NCBI GenBank assembly: GCA_964199315.1
Contig: OZ116700.1
Span: forward strand, 22,320,001 to 22,384,000
Length of the DNA: 64,000 nt
Direction: 5' to 3'
Origin: Orbicella franksi
Taxonomy: Eukaryota
Numbering within the stretch: the first letter of the stretch is position 1; each line of letters opens with the position of its first letter. Below, one piece after another: positions 62,561 through 64,000 of the stretch. The notes beneath the pieces are model-generated. The model was not told where the DNA came from. It ran no database searches and saw only the letters and a program-made list of their open reading frames with translations. Both the position numbers and the translations under genes were made by a program.

Positions 62561-62794
62561 GGTTAACCTCATTGCACCTTTCCCCCTTGGACAGAATTAT
62601 CCAAGAAAAATTACTATGGCTACGGCTATGGCATTTGCAAAGATTGGTTTCCTTACAAATTACTTTAATACTCCTCCCACCACCAGTGCTTGTACTTACA
62701 GGAACTGCTACAAGAGACACAAAGTATGAAATAATCGTGTGACCTGTTTTTCACTTCTGAGCACTGAGAACTGTCACAAAAGCCAAATCTTTGT

Positions 62795-64000
62795 TTACGG
62801 CGGGCTTGGAAATTTTCCTATCGGCGTTAAGGCCCAACACCAGTACTCGCACTTACAGGAACTGCTATAAGAGACACAAAGTGTGAAATAATCAGCACCG
62901 AAGCAGATGACGTTTCCAGGCATAGATTGACTCCAGAGAAACTTGCACATCGTGAAGTTTATCTTCCTTATCTTCGTCACTGCTGTACAAAACAACATGG
63001 TCTGAGAAAGAATTCTTCATCAAACTTTCTAGATGGTAAAGACGTTCATAGTCATTGCACACCAAATCATGGGAATGATCACATTTTTCAGAAAACTCTG
63101 GCTCTGATGGACCACTCAAGGCAAACCGTCCATAGTGCAGTGGTCTGGACACCTTGAGGAAGTACAGACGTTGTAGACGATAGCTGTCCTTCAGGTAACT
63201 TTTGAAAGCCATCAAAAGGTTAATCACTCCAGTTACCCATTCAGAACTCTTGCCCATTTCTCCAAGCTTCCTGATAACATTTTCAAGCTTCTCAACTCTA
63301 CGCAGTCCATCAGCGCTAATGTTGTTCAGGCCCTGTAGTGCTTTTTTCTGTTGGGCGGGACAATACTTTAAAACCCTGTACAGCTCTCTTTCACTTAAAT
63401 GGCTGAATGCGATTTCTTTGCAATATGATACGTATTGCTTGATTATCCTCGCTGCAACCATATTGCGTACAACATTAGGCATACTAATTGCCTCTCCCAA
63501 ACATAACTTCAGCGTGCGCGTACCGTGGGCAACGTCTTGAAAAAAATGAGGACTTGATATGAACACAATAAAATGGTCTATTTTAGGCAAAGTTACGCTA
63601 ACGCAGCATTTAGTAACAGCTGGTAAGGGTTACCCTCTTCCACACGAAATTAAATGTTTTTTAGCTTGAAACAGTTGGTATTTTTTAACTTCAGGGAGTA
63701 GATCTTGAATTTGCCGATCTTTTGAATTAAGAGACTCGTCTTCTTCTTTGCACTGAGCCTGATCACGATGAAGTGCAAAAGGTTGATAACCAGGTGTCTC
63801 AGGGGTTTCAGCCAGAGATAACTCTTGGCCAAATGGCAACGGAGATTCTCAAAGCTGACTGGACTCTTCTCAGCGAGCTTAGAGCTCCCTCTAACTTCTG
63901 GTTCATCTGCATCTGTTTTGTTGGCAGCTACGCCCTTCATGAGCATGGCAAGTTTCTTTCGGCAGCTAGTGCAGATACCTAACAAAAAAATATAATAACT
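62795..64000 (-). pseudogene. Fragmented ORF of an unidentified, probably transposon-associated family
   Basis: 232-aa frame 62892-63590 plus broken flanking frames; no splice signals linking it to the M13 gene. Confidence 0.4.

Overview
Eukaryotic, repeat-rich genomic DNA; the repeat landscape and AT-rich spliceosomal introns suggest a stony coral or other cnidarian (inference). The only host gene found is a minus-strand type II membrane M13 (neprilysin/endothelin-converting-enzyme-like) metallopeptidase. I assembled 13 in-frame GT-AG coding exons by hand (51010 to 5175, 1766 nt, about 588 codons). The HExxH-bearing exons were not found and presumably lie left of the window. The introns hold many nested mobile elements. 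The most notable is a 15.1-kb Polinton/Maverick-type element (20277-35421) with AGTAGT termini, ~1.4-kb TIRs and a near-perfect 6-bp TSD. It keeps an A32-like packaging ATPase but shows no pPolB, rve integrase or capsid gene. Instead it carries a C2H2-zinc-finger / tyrosine-recombinase / telobox-like Myb gene downstream of a 63-bp palindromic array. A PHD-APE-RT LINE with a 2A-like motif sits inside it and is itself split by a TTAA Kolobok-type foldback. Other elements: a decayed DIRS1 retroelement with its terminal complementary regions, three Gypsy relics, a Bel/Pao fragment, two Penelope-like elements with hammerhead ribozymes, and many nested MITEs. No CRISPR arrays, rRNA genes or true tRNA genes were seen.
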